From: Hormiphora californensis
Lineage: Eukaryota > Animalia > Ctenophora
DNA: 64,000 nt
Reading direction: 5' to 3'
NCBI GenBank assembly: GCA_020137815.1
Contig: CM035355.1
Span: forward strand, 4,960,001-5,024,000
Positions within the stretch are counted from its first letter, which is position 1. Each line of letters starts with the position of its first letter. A program made the translations under genes and the position numbers. Below the pieces are notes generated by a model. The model was not told where the DNA came from, made no database searches, and saw only the letters and a program-made list of their open reading frames with translations. Below are positions 12,461 through 25,215 of the stretch, piece by piece.

Positions 12461-14729
12461 GGCCTGGTGGGCTAGTTGTGTCGTGTCATGCAGCCGGGCG
12501 CCGTGTATCCGGTGGACATCGAGAGTGTTCAATTCTGATATAGCAAAATTCACCCCAGTTCTCAAATCTCACCCTTTGTTTCAGAGGACATGTCCAGAGT
12601 ACGGGTTCTACACGTGGCCCTGTGCAGAGGTCCTGTCAACCTACCTCTCTACTCGCCTCCCTGATCCTGCTGCGTCACCTGATCCTCCTCTCAGCATTCT
12701 CGAGGTATGTTCTGGTAGCTAGGGTAGTTCACGTCTGGTTCCCCCAAAATCGATCCGATCCAGTCCCACAATAATATCTAGACTTGTATCCTGCCCAGAT
12801 CCCCCAGGGACAGCATAGCATAGCTAATACTGCCACTGAGGGATAATCAGAGCAGTTTACTCACACACTCAACCAAAATTAGATTCAAAAACGGTGGTAA
12901 AAACCAAATTAACCTGCTCTCATGAGATGGAAGAAATACAATCGGATTCATAACAGACATAAATGGTAAGAAGACAAAAATATAGCTTCAAAAAATATCC
13001 TCTACAACCTTTACACCTCTCCAAAAAACTTTATCAGATCAAAAAAGGTTCAGATAAATCTCTGAACCACCCTCAACACAGACATCGCCCAGGAAAAAGC
13101 GGAAACTGAACACTGAATAAAAATAGTATTACACACTCAGACACTCGTGCTTCAAACCCAAAAAGATGTGCTAGAAAAACTTGTCACGAGGGACACACAG
13201 TACAAACACACGTCTTACCTGATAGACAGTACAGCGAGTGATAGGATAGCGATAGGGGAATCCGGAAAGAGGAAAGACACAACTAGTCAGCCCCAAAGGA
13301 CTCCACGAACAGTCTTGTCTTGAGACGGGTCTTAAACGATTCCACAGTGGTCAACGACCTCAGATCGAGGGGGAGGGCATTCCAAAGGTCCGGTAGGAGA
13401 ACTGACGGTCTCCTGACAATCACATTTAGTCCCTCAATCGATCCCCCAAGTATATTTCTACCCTCTCATTCCAGTTGGGTTGCGGTACTGGACTGTGTGG
13501 GATAACGGCAATGAAGCTCGGTCACAGTGTTACACTATCTGATATCAATGGAACGGATTCTAACTACTGGAGGTACGGTCATCTTTCTTGGCGTAATTGC
13601 CAGGCTTGTACAGGGACTTCGACTCTGTTCTAGTTCGACAGACCTTGCCTTGTTCGACCCTCTTTCCGTACAAATGTAAAGAAGGGTTAGAACATAACAA
13701 TACAGTCCCGTGTCAACTCAATTTCAATACTTGATCCTATTTCTTTGACCCCTCCATCTTGTTAAGTAACAAATGTCAGGACAATGCTCTGACCACAGTT
13801 CTCGCGCGCTCCGAGAGAAACGAGAATGGGTCAGGCCAATGCTCTGGCAGAGTAACAACAACCATCTCTACCCCTGCATATAATCATCCACAACTCCTGA
13901 CAGGAGAGTGGAGAAGGTCAATATGATGAAGGAGGGAACTATTAAATACCAGCAGATCAGGTACACTGAATTCTCTAACATTCCCCCTGCTGACCTTATC
14001 CTGGCATCTGATCTCCTCTACGATTCTAAAGGTGAGGTTTCGGGTTCTGTGAAGTGCCTTACTGGGTAAGACTGAGAGCATAGAATGTTCAGGGTGTCTC
14101 TCACTTATTGCTGGTGACGGGATTGATGGCATGTTTTTTGAACTGTCTTATGAATTTCGAAGAAGAGTAAGAACCTAAAATCCCCCTAAAATATCCCATT
14201 TTCAGATTTTGATGCAGTGCTAGGGACTATTGCCTTTTGTCTACAACAAAAACCAGGTTCTGTCTGCTGGATGTCCTACCAAGTGAGAAGGTACATATGT
14301 GAAGCCCCCCTCCTGCTATGGGAATGATTAATCAGGAAACTAGGGCCATCACCCCCTTACCTAGCCCAGGTCCCAACTAGAATCATCACTGGACCCTGCC
14401 AGTGACAGTGTCCACGTTGTTGGGCTAAAAATTAGGGCCTCTAGCCTTTCCATAACAACTGTACCGCTAAATTTTAAACCGAGTTTCATCCAGTGTTTAC
14501 AACTCAATTTAACCCCAATTTTCTACATATTTGCTCTATTATTAAACACCCCCCTCCCCCCACCCACAGTGTAAGCAGAACGCTGGTCCCACTCCTGAAG
14601 TACTGGGAACTAGAGATGAAGCAGCTGGATAGTAGTGTGGAGACTGGACATGATATCTTGATATTTGAGATCACTAGTGGCGGAGTCTCTAAAGAGAGCA
14701 GCGGATCAGTCTCTACGGCTGTGGGGTGA
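12019..14729 (+). CDS. METTL23: Methyltransferase-like 23 (family 16 SAM-dependent methyltransferase), 6 exons
   Basis: Exons 12019-12084, 12585-12704 (YGFYTWPCAEVL), 13475-13572 (LGCGTGLCG), 13904-14031 (DLILASDLLYD), 14206-14290 (DFDAVLGTI..SYQVRS), 14570-14729; phases consistent. Confidence 0.88.
12860..13394 (-). mobile_element. 5'-truncated CR1/L2-type LINE remnant (ORF2 C-terminus plus 3' UTR) in METTL23 intron 2
   Basis: 13394-13283 translates PDLWNALPLDLRSLTTVESFKTRLKTRLFVESFGAD*, the typical LWNxLP..FKxxLKTxLF ending; left boundary approximate. Confidence 0.75.
13773..13850. mobile_element. ~55-80 bp MITE family with CTGTCAG termini and 8-bp TSD (copies 24827-24879, 30439-30517, 33885-33954, 47694-47771, 53899-53968, 58439-58508; halves ~17530 and ~48135)
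   Basis: Perfect TSDs AGTAACAA, GTTCTTAT and AAATCAAC; ACTAACAC/ACGAACAC with one mismatch; each copy has two GTCAGGCCAATGCTCTGAC units. Confidence 0.88.
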
Positions 14730-15152
14730 TGGATATATATCTGGATGGAAAGGGGATGGGGTGGTGTGGAAATGCTACTGACAGTTACCAAGGTTAGTGC
14801 TGGGGAATGCATTTACTTTACCAAGCCCTTTCAAATGGTACTTTGGAATCGGAGAGATAGAAAATCAAAATGCTGTTTTTGAAACATGCTGAAATTTTGA
14901 TCAACTACGTTATAACACAACGCTTTCTAAAACATTCGATATACAGGATCAAATAGATTGGCCAGCAATCATGAATATTTGTCTGGGGGAATCTGACTTG
15001 CTTGACCCTCTCTCACAAATTGTGTAAAGGAGGGCTCGAGCATAAAAAGGTCTGACTACTAAAATTATCGTGACACAGTCTCTGCTAGTTATTTTTTTCA
15101 ACTCTTTCGATTTAGAACAACGAGGTATTTTTTTAAATATCTTGATATGCAT

Positions 15153-17470
15153 TTAGAACAATGAGGTAGATGTCAGTAGAAGGGGTTCGTCTCTGTGTAG
15201 CTGGGTCACCTGCCATGGACCAAACGTCTTGTAACTCTTCCCTGTCTCTGTTTCCTTCCCACTTGTCCACGTCTTAGAGATATCCGAGTGGAACCTGAGG
15301 TGTTAGAAATACTAGGTTACAATTAGAGGGGCACCTTAGCAACTAAGTTACTGATTATAATGCTGTCATATTCAGAAGCTAAGCTAGTCATATTCAGAAG
15401 TCATATTCAGAAGCTAAGCTAGTCATATTCAGAAGTCATATTCAGAAGCTAAGCTAGTCATATTCAGAAGTCATATTCAGAAGCTAAGCTATTCATATTC
15501 AGAAGGTAAGCTATTCATATTCAGAAGTCATATTCAGAAGCTAGTCTTCTTTACGGGAATATTTTGTCACAGGCGACATTTGAGTGATGCAACATTAGAG
15601 GGATAGGGCACACGTATAGGTCCTGTCCTAGGAAATTGTAGCTATGTAACTACAGTCGGATTAACGGGATGCTCGGGGGAAAGAGTTTTAAATCGAGCAC
15701 CGACTGTATGATGCAGATGCAGTACTCACGATTGGTTACGAAGTCACCCCTGCTATTATATTGCGGAGGGGTAATTTCATTACCAATACTCACGAGGGGT
15801 TCATGAAGAATGGGAGAGAGAATCGATCTCGTTTGATATCCACAACTCTGTGTCTCAGAGATGGCAGTTTCCCATCCGTTAGTTCGTTGATGAGAGAACC
15901 ACTCATGAAAAGAATGCTACCCTGTAGAGAGGGTACATCGTACCACTTGTCCTTATAGACTGCCTGGGAGAGGGGGAGGGGGTTGTTACAGTAGGGATGG
16001 TACATCGTACCACTTGTAGACTGCCTGGGAGAGGGGGGGGGGGGGTCACGACTCACAGCATCGTTTATCTTAAAATGTCGTGTGTTATGAAGACGAATAT
16101 CTTGCCTTGCTCGGCCCTGTCTCACCGAGCTCCGGGCTTGACCATAAAAAGACAACTTTTATAGGTATACCTGGAGACCACCGTTGTTGTATGTAGTGAG
16201 AAGTGTAATGGTAGTGTCCACATGAGAGGGGATGGAGAGATCCTTCCCATCCTCTGTCACCATATCATATCCACTGTCCGAGGCGTAGATACTTTTGTTT
16301 TCACTGAAAAATAAAGTTCAATTAGTCACCGTGTTTTCATGATGTTGATGATGATTAGTATCATTAACAGGTTTACAAATGTGGTACATATCATGATCTT
16401 GAGAGAAGCCCCGAGAACTCTATTTGGTCTATTGGAATCACTTCAAAACTTACTTCACATTTCGTTCAGTATATTTCTTGAGGTAAAAACTGGTAAACTC
16501 AGAATCTCCGAACATTTTTGCAAAATTAGGACTCTCAATAATCTTGCCGAGTGCCTCGATAACAACCTTACTCAGCTTCATCCGCACATCAAACCCTCTC
16601 TTCATTACACTGTGAAACCATTCCCCGTCAAATGTTGCATTTGTACTGGGCCACACGTTCGGTTCCCTGAATTGGAAATTGTTAGTTATCACCAGATATC
16701 AATGTGAAACTGCAACTGTATCATGTGCTTATTTTTCGCTTATTAATTATTTACTTTTCAGTAGTTAAATTAAATCATGAACTCTATGGAATCTTTTTCA
16801 GTAATTAATAGACCCTTGATAGATCAAATTACAAATACCCGATAAACTTACCTTGAAATCCGTTCTGCGTTACATGTCCATTCTTTTGTATCCCATGTCT
16901 CAAACTGACCAATATTAAACACCTCCTCTATCCTGGTGCCATCTGAGCTCTTGGTGTAACCGTAACCTAAATAGGAGAGAGAGAGAGAATATGATTATTT
17001 CTCTCGCGAGTCGGGGTAGGTAACGAATCGTTACCTACCCTGTACCCCGACTCGGGAGAGAGATAATTTGGTTGATTTGACATTGAATTCGAGAAGCGTG
17101 CGTGATATTAAAGTCGGGGTGCCTGATAACCCCGGGAGAGAATATGGCTATTTTGACAACTAATCAGAACTGTGATGTGAGACGGTAATTTCGAAAACAG
17201 CGGAAGATCCACTTACCACGAAGTACGTTGCTGTTTTTTGGGTTATTCTTGGCTGAGGCACATTGATCTTTATCAGAGTAACTTTGTGCAAAATACCCCT
17301 TCATCAGATTCAGCTCTGTTAGTGCATCGAACTCAGGAATGTTGACAATGTAGAAAAATCCAAACTCCGTAACGGCATATCGGAGCTGGTCCAGGCCTTT
17401 TTCCTGAGACGAGATCTCCATAGTCGATCTTTGGTAACAGCGGACAGTGGGTTTTCAAATGACATGTTAA
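15153..17470 (-). CDS. Isopenicillin-N-synthase-like 2OG-Fe(II) dioxygenase; apparent +1 frameshift near the 5' end; first exon not located
   Basis: Exons 17470-17217 (LPKIDY..GFFYIVN), 16966-16852, 16666-16454 (EPNVWP), 16303-16171 (HVD..ITLL..GGLQ), 15963-15794 (WYDVP..HRVV..RFSLPFFMNP), 15294-15153; HxD..H triad and RxS present. Confidence 0.85.
15366..15545. repeat. Intronic tandem repeat (GTCATATTCAGAA / GCTAAGCTA units)
   Basis: About 10 copies of TCATATTCAGAAG. Confidence 0.9.
16996..17142. mobile_element. Small hairpin-rich element in oxygenase intron
   Basis: CTCTCGCGAGTCGGGGTAGGTAACGA..TCGTTACCTACC..CCCCGACTCGGGAGAG stem plus a terminal CGGGGT..ACCCCG hairpin. Confidence 0.55.
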
Positions 17471-18246
17471 CTGAAAAATCAAGGATTGATCAGTGGCAGT
17501 AAGTCGCAATTTCTTTCACGAAAACTGCGGTTAGAGCATTGGCCTGACAGAGTATAATGATATCAAAATCATTTCAAGTATACGGCAAATGTCGTTACTG
17601 GTTACTAAAAACTATAAAGCTTCTCTAATTAAATCAAAATGAGATTGTAACAGGAACGATGGGTTGAACAAACATGAAGTCCAATCAGGTTAGCTACGGT
17701 ATTCCAATTTCCATGCCTAGCTCGACCCCCTTTTCCACTCGAGCTCCAGTAGAGTTAGAACATAACAAGTTATTCCTTGCCTATACGAGCTAGTAATTCC
17801 TCCTATGGAACTATATCCAAGGCCAAATATATGCAAGTCGGGAAAGTGGTGTAGTACTAACTAAACAAACTCTTTTATACCCCGGCCTGGTCTGTGTTTA
17901 GATAAAGAAGAAAGAGAGAAACAGAGAACAGGAAACTTACAATGTGTAAGTAGTATACAATAATAAGAAAGGTAAACGGGTTTCCGTGTCGGGCCCCCCG
18001 TGAGAACAGGTGTCGTTAAACAATTACATAAACAGAGGCCATTACCATCTGGTATGTGTATTGGAATTCTATAACTTAGCTCATGACTATCGGAATTAAT
18101 AGCGAGTAATAACAGCTGGCGGTGGGAAATTGGCACAAACAAATAGAGTATGGGAAACTTGTAGATGATGGTTTTGTTAGAGCTATTTCCCACCAGTAAC
18201 ACAATGCAATAGACAGTCCGTGTTCTCTCTCTCTCTCTCTCTCTCA

Positions 18247-18393
<147 letters not shown>

Positions 18394-18848
18394 GCTTTCC
18401 TTTTCGCCTAAAAACCTCAACCAAGCCATGTTATTTGAACGAGTTTGAAGTTTACAAAACTATGCAAGCCATGCAAGAGTAGTAGAGATCCAGAATAAAA
18501 CTGTATACACCCAATGGGACTATACATTCCCGATACAAGATGGTACAATTGTAATTTGCAGAACTAGGAAATGGATCAGTTCATGCAGTGCTGGGCGCAA
18601 TGCTACATAGAACAATCCATAGCTATATGGTTAAAATATGGATACAAGGACTAGTAGTCCGACTAGGTGGCTTTATTTTACTGTGCTTGTCGACGCAGCA
18701 ACGGGGCGTACTTTCCTAGATGTTGCTCTCTTAGTTATAAAGTAACAAACTCTCCCTGTTGATATGTCCGTTTTTGAAGGTTTAGCCACATAGTCTGCAG
18801 TCGTGAGTCGATTTAAAAATGGATTAAACTAAACATCCCTAAGGCAGC

Positions 18849-19897
18849 GGATTACGGGGGCCCAGATGTATCGCCCATACCGAGTGCCCGTACCGAGCGC
18901 CCGTACCTGACGTTTGCGCATTGAAATTGTGTACTTTAGCGTGTAGCACGCGCAAAAAAACTCCGCGCCGTGTGCGCGCCACACACATTTCTGCTCAGAA
19001 AAAAATCGATCAGAAAAAGTTTTTCAAGGTCGACTTTTCACGTTTTGACTCATAACTTCTCTTCCTGATAAGATAAAGACTTCAAACCTTCACCATTCGA
19101 TGGGGCTTGAAATTTCCTTTCCAACGGTACCCAAACGAACTCTGTAGCTTATCAGGAACCGGCGATATGGTTATTTATGATAATGCCGAAGCGCCCTTAC
19201 GGGGGTTATTATCATAATTGATCATATCTCCGGTTCCTGATGAGCTACAGAGTTCGTTTGGGTACTGTTGGAAAAGGAATTTCATTGCCCATCGGATGGC
19301 GCCGGTTTGAAGTCTTTATCTCATCAGGAACAGGAGTTATGGGCCAAAAAGTGAAAAGCCGATTTGAAAAATTTTCACGATTTTTGGCTCATCACGTTTT
19401 GGCCCATAACTCCTGTTTCTGATGCGATAAAGACTTCAAATTGGCGCCATTGGATGGGGAATGAAATTTCCTTTCCAACGGTAACGAAACGAACTCTGTA
19501 GCTCATCAGGAACCGGAGATATGATCAATTATGATAATAACCCCCGTAAGGGCCCTTCGGCATTATCATAAATAACCATATCTCCGGTTCCTGATAAGCT
19601 ACAGAGTTCGTTTGGGTACCGTTGGAAAGGAAATTTCAAGCCCCGTCGAATGGTGAAGGTTTGAAGTCTTTATCTTATCAGGAAGAGAAGTTATCAGCCA
19701 AAACGTGAAAAGTCGACCTTGAAAAACTTTTTCTGATCGATTTTTTTCTGAGCAGAAATGTGTGTGGCGCGCACACGGCGTGGAGTTTTTTTGCGCGTGC
19801 TACGCGCTAAAGTACACAATTTCAATGCGCAAACGTCAGGTACGGGCGCTCGGTACGGGCACTCGGTATGGGCGATACATCTGGGCCCCCGTAATCC
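18849..19897. mobile_element. ~1.05 kb fold-back (palindromic) element
   Basis: ~500-bp near-identical inverted arms (GGATTACGGGGGCCCAGATG ... CATCTGGGCCCCCGTAATCC); possible TA TSD. Confidence 0.9.
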
Positions 19898-20465
19898 CCC
19901 GACTAACAGTTGGTTAAAAGTTGACCTCGCACGTTTAAAATGCAGTGCATGTTGCAACAAGCTGAAGTAAAATGGAGAAATAGTTGGTAATGATAATTTG
20001 TCATTGATGCAAGAACGTAATGGTGGGATTGTGAAATCGGAGAAATTTGCAGAAGCTAAACCACCCTGAACTCAATTCTTCTTTTGGTAGTCAAAAGAGA
20101 ATGGAAGGTCGGAAGGATTTGACGAGAGCTATTCAATCTTACTGTAAAAATGCCACAACACATTGAGTCAATAATGACAATCAGTAAACAGATCTGATCC
20201 CCTTTATTTCGATGTGGTTATGTCACTCCAGCTAATGATGTTCCTTGGAGTTCTATGAACTAGGGATCCGGAATGAACCATCTGGTATTGTTTATGAACA
20301 TCTGGATTCAACACTTTTTCATTTTGTTATTGGATGCTCAACAAGTTCATGGACTGTTTCACTTTTAGTTATTTTAATGTTATGTGCTTCATTGTGACAA
20401 TGTGGTGGCTCATGGTAATGGCAACCAGGTGTAGCTGTTATTCTCTCTATCTATCTTTCTCTCTA

Positions 20466-20554
<89 letters not shown>

Positions 20555-21791
20555 CCAACCACGTCTCTCGCCGGAAAACTATGTCCCACTCTCTATGTAA
20601 TTTTATACCCATTCCAAAGGTAGATCATTGGTACTGTACGATAGTCCTTCTCCAGATCTATTATAATCTCACAGTTCTCTATTTTCCAAACTTCTCTCAC
20701 TGGGGTGCTCCTGTACGGATGGGTAATGTCATTACCAAGCTAGATGTCAGATATGTTTACTGTTTCGTTAGAATATTTGTCGACGGATTCCTGTATTGCC
20801 AAGTTTTTATTCTAGAGCATTATAGGATGTATATATGTCAAGTTCCAATGTTCACGCCATGCTGGCACTATCAGGTTTTCTAGTTTTAAGGATAGAGGGT
20901 TGAGCTAGGTTTAGCTTGTTATCCTCTAACCCTCCTTTACACGAGGGTTGAGCTAGGTTTAGCAACTTCTCCCCATTGGTGTCTCTGTCTACATGGTGTA
21001 CATTTTCCCTGTTTTGTTTCAACCACTCTAGACAATATGGGGGGGGGGGGGTAATATTTCCCTGCGGTTCTACGTGTATAGGGTCCTACGTGTATAGGGT
21101 CTCTATATTTGAAATAGAATTCCAGCAATAGGCACAAGTTAAAGCAGTAATTATAAGGCAGTTAGTTCTCTATGTTTTACCCATATTTAGCATAACCAAG
21201 TTATCCCGATCGTAAGTGTACCAGCCGCTGTATTTATTTGAGAACTGATCGTGATGTATCGTTTCCATTACCAGCTACCATTATTAGATTACCAATTTGC
21301 TCATTCATTATTATCTTCTCCGGCGACTTGTTTGGGTAAATAAAATGTGATTCCCATCTTATCGACGTCGACAAATAAGAGTGATTCCTCTGATTCCTGC
21401 TTACATTGTCGGTGCGGAATGCCCCATATCACACTTTTTTGAATGGGCTGATCGCCGGTGTCTCGCCACCTCTAGAGACTTGTTGAGTTGCCAGGGGGAC
21501 AATGGAAGGGATAATGGGGAGGGGGATAATGGGAGATTGCTGCACTGTTTTACAGTCGGGATGAGGAGGGGGGGGGGATGGAGGAAAATCACATTACCAG
21601 TATCGGATGTGATTTATTGAGGGATGGGATTATATTGCTGCGGTGGCGACAACAAAATTCTTTCCATCTTTTCTATGCCTTCTTTAAATAAATGTTTGAC
21701 CGCTTTGTTTGTGTGAACTTTTAGATCTATATATATAAAAACTAAACTGCTTCTAAACTGCTTCTAAACTGTTATTACTATTGCGTATAGA

Positions 21792-24642
21792 ATGGGTGGC
21801 TACGAATTAGGAGGGAAATCTTATGTCCGGGTTAGTATAATTAATCTAAGCATTAAAAGTAATATCAAGATCAAGTTGTGCTCGGTGGTACTCAAGTCCT
21901 TCACCCAAATGCGTGGAGCAATGTACTGCAAAAATCACCCACGTGCACTTCTAACCCCCCAGCGGTGGCAAATCCCAAAACTGGGAAGCCTCTCATGGTC
22001 AACCTGAGAGCCTCTAAACAGGGCTCCAAACAGTACCAACCGCTCTAACCAACCAACCAAGATCAAGTTGTTAATTCTGTTACTCCCCCCACTCAGGATC
22101 CTGACTGTGCAGCGTATTTTGATGGAAACCCAACTACCAAAGATCTTATGGAATGTGAGTGCAAGCACCTTTACAAAACAATTAGGTTGCTATCAAATAG
22201 TTGTATAACTCCGTATATATTATAGTAGAGTTTGCGATGTACAGTCAGTGCCTGACAAAAGAAATCAAAGTTGGGAAATCAAATAGAGCAAGTAGTATAG
22301 AGACGGAGAAAACAATTCTACCCGAATAATCTAATGCAGCCTCGTAACGGCCAAATTTAATGCTCTGAGTAAATCTGACGCCGTATATAACTCGATATTC
22401 CGTCTCTTTAATTTTCTGTACTACATTTCTTTACTGTATAATCAGCTCCCGGATTGCTCAAATTACAAATTTAATTATTTGCCCATCTCTTTGATTAGTT
22501 AAGTTCATTTCCTACATATCTCTCCGATTAGTAAAATTTCTCTTCTAACCTAACTCTCCGATTAGTAAAATTTATCTTCTAACCTAACTCTCCGATTAGT
22601 AATAATGTATTTCTAACCGTTCCCTCACTTTAGATCAGCCACCAGAGTACATGCCGCTATTCATCATAGCGTTATCGCTACTTGGAGCAACTCTGGCATT
22701 CTCATTCCGAATAATGAAGAGGCAAATACCCTACCTTGAGGGCAATACATTTCTTCCTGCTTTCCGGTCCCTTTGTCTCATCGCAGTTGGTGGGGTAAGT
22801 AATCATGAACTGCATCCAGCATGCGTCAGACCCGTTCAGAAAGGATCGCTTGACAGATCAGAAGATTATACAAAACATATGACAACTGGAATGAACAACT
22901 TATCTAACAACCCAATGTTATTTTCTGGGATGAACAACTTATCTAACAACCCGGATAGAAACAATCATTTAGAGTTTGGGTTACTATAACAACCCAATGT
23001 TCAGATGTTTGCTCTGTTGTCGGTTGTGGGAATGGTCTCCCTTCGTTCCTACAAGTTCCTACACTTCCTTGTTGTCGCGTACGTTTCATACAGAGAATTT
23101 CAATTTACAGCTTATATTTGTTTCACAAACCGTCAACTAGTTTCCAACTTAAGCCGAGAATTGATCCCCCTCCATTCTCGAATACAAACTCACCCTCTTA
23201 CAAACTCACTATACATCTCCACACCCTAGGTACGAATCAGGGTGTATAATATTCTTCTACGAGAACATGGTGTCTCACCTGGATGCCCATGATTTCTGGA
23301 GCTCCCATAACAAGATTAGTCTCCAGAGAGGTCCATGTTGCTGCTTCCCATGTTGTGTGTGCCTGGCAAAACCTGTAAAGGGCAACAAGTAAGTGTAACA
23401 CGGTTCGGGGTGTTTTGCTTTAGAAGCCCTGAAATGTATAATTTTAGACAATAATCACTAATCAGTCCATTTCACTGGGTCACAGCACAATCCACTAAAA
23501 CCCACATTTTCCAGGAAATTACTAACCCGGTTTCGCAAGTTAATCCTTGGTGTCATTGCTGCTCAGCTGTTAGTAGAGTTACTCCGGGTTATCGCAACTA
23601 ACGAGTGCCAGTTTGATGCCACCCACCCCCGAACTATTATAACGGATGTGTTTATGGGTGTTCTCTTTCTGTTCGCAATGTGGCCACTCATGATCGTCTA
23701 CAGAGCAGGTAAAAGTAGTCTTATTATTATTATAGTCCCGGTTAAATTATATAGTCAGCCAGCGATGTGATATTGTAATGATCATTTGAGTCGCCTGATA
23801 CAGTCGGACCCCGATTTACCGGGCCCCGATATACCGGGCACTCCGATTTACCGGGCAAAACGCTTTCCCCCGAGCATCCCGGTAAATCGGGGCCCGACTG
23901 TATTAGGATTTGGGTCCGTACAGTACAAACGATTCAAATCATCATTGATTTTAACACCAACTCCTCTCTTTTTCAGGACCTGACATTATGGGTCAATACA
24001 GTTACACAGCCAAGTTCCTGTGTTTCAAGGCCATCATCTTCTCTTCCAAGATTATTGGAACAATCCTTACAAAGACACTGGTGAATAACATCCCAGATTT
24101 TGTGACTGAGGTCTCTGGAGATGATATGGTTGTTCTAAAGGCCCGATACAGAATCCACTGTAAGTTTACCCACGTCTCAGCGAGAATATATCTGATTCTG
24201 TCATCTATTATAATTCTATTTTCGATCGCTTGTTACGTGAAGTAGGGACAGAATCAGATGCTTCCTTTGGCATTCTAAATATTCTATAGATCAAAAAGTC
24301 CACTTGATAGCAGTATACTTTTGATCCAGCGTGTAACCGGGTACTTTTTGTAAGTTGGTCCCTATTAATTTTCCTATGTTCAGTGTGGATTAATTAATTA
24401 CATTTCCTAATCCCTCTGTTCAGTGTGGATTAATTAAATTTCCTAATCCCTCAGTGTGGATAAGTTTTGTCACAGTGTTCATGGCGACCCTAATAATGAT
24501 CCCCACCGATCGGGTCTACAAGGAACAGGATTACAAGGTCTACCAGATACTTCCCAGCAAGGAACACACGCCTGAGATTCTCAGTGAGAAGGAGACTGTT
24601 ATTTCTCAAGATCAAATAAATGTGTTGACTGTTGAGGCGTGA
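21792..24642 (+). CDS. Organic solute transporter alpha-like (SLC51A/TMEM184 family) multi-pass membrane protein
   Basis: Exons 21792-21830 (least certain), 22097-22154, 22634-22794, 23005-23078, 23230-23388 (GPCCCFPCC), 23515-23708, 23977-24159 (AKFLCFK), 24455-24642; all phases match. Confidence 0.78.
21880..22057 (+). mobile_element. 178-bp retroposed insertion (non-LTR 3' end or SINE) with 14-bp TSD
   Basis: CAAGATCAAGTTGT at 21866-21879 and 22058-22071; (AACC)n tail. Confidence 0.7.
23801..23900. mobile_element. 100-bp Tc1/mariner-pogo type MITE (relatives 15653-15706 and 40530-40610)
   Basis: TA|CAGTCGGACCCCGATTTACCGG ... CCGGTAAATCGGGGCCCGACTG|TA. Confidence 0.88.
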
Positions 24643-25215
24643 GAAACTGAGTTGTTTGAATTGGAATATTTTAGTTTTTTAACTTTTGATAGATCAGGGG
24701 TATATGAATATCATATGAATATCATATGAATATCATGTGAAAGAAGATGATTTGAACTTGGATGATGGTGCTGCAGCATGCTGCTACAGACTAGATGGCT
24801 ACTGTAAATTTTAACTGTTAAATCAGCTGTCAGAGCATTGGCCTGACCTTATTCTGTGGTCAGAGCATTGGCCTGACAGTATGTGAATGTCACTGTCAGC
24901 GACATAACAAAAACATTGTCAGTGTCACTTTTAACTGTAATTATCATTTATTGGTTTTAGTTTAAACTCTTTAAATGCTGTATATCTTTGCCTACCACTA
25001 CCAGATGGGGAGAGAGGTTCAGGCAGGGTTGTCGTGTGACTGAATTCTCTTAAGAAAAGAGAATTGCTACGCTATTTTAATAACATAACGGAACGCGCGA
25101 CTTACTTACAAGTTGTGCGCCGCGGCCGACGCGACGCGCACAAAAAGTAAATTTCGAAATATTTCGTTTACACGACCCATCTTTTTTCACTGAAATTTTT
25201 GAAAAGCGCTGCCTA

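Noticed and set aside
13773-13850. GTCAG-N9-CTGAC pairs as lox/FRT-like recombinase sites
   Set aside because: Clear 8-bp TSDs point to DDE transposition, and no recombinase is present
15153-15294. FYY coelenterazine-precursor C-terminus
   Set aside because: Last exon ends TSTSLF*
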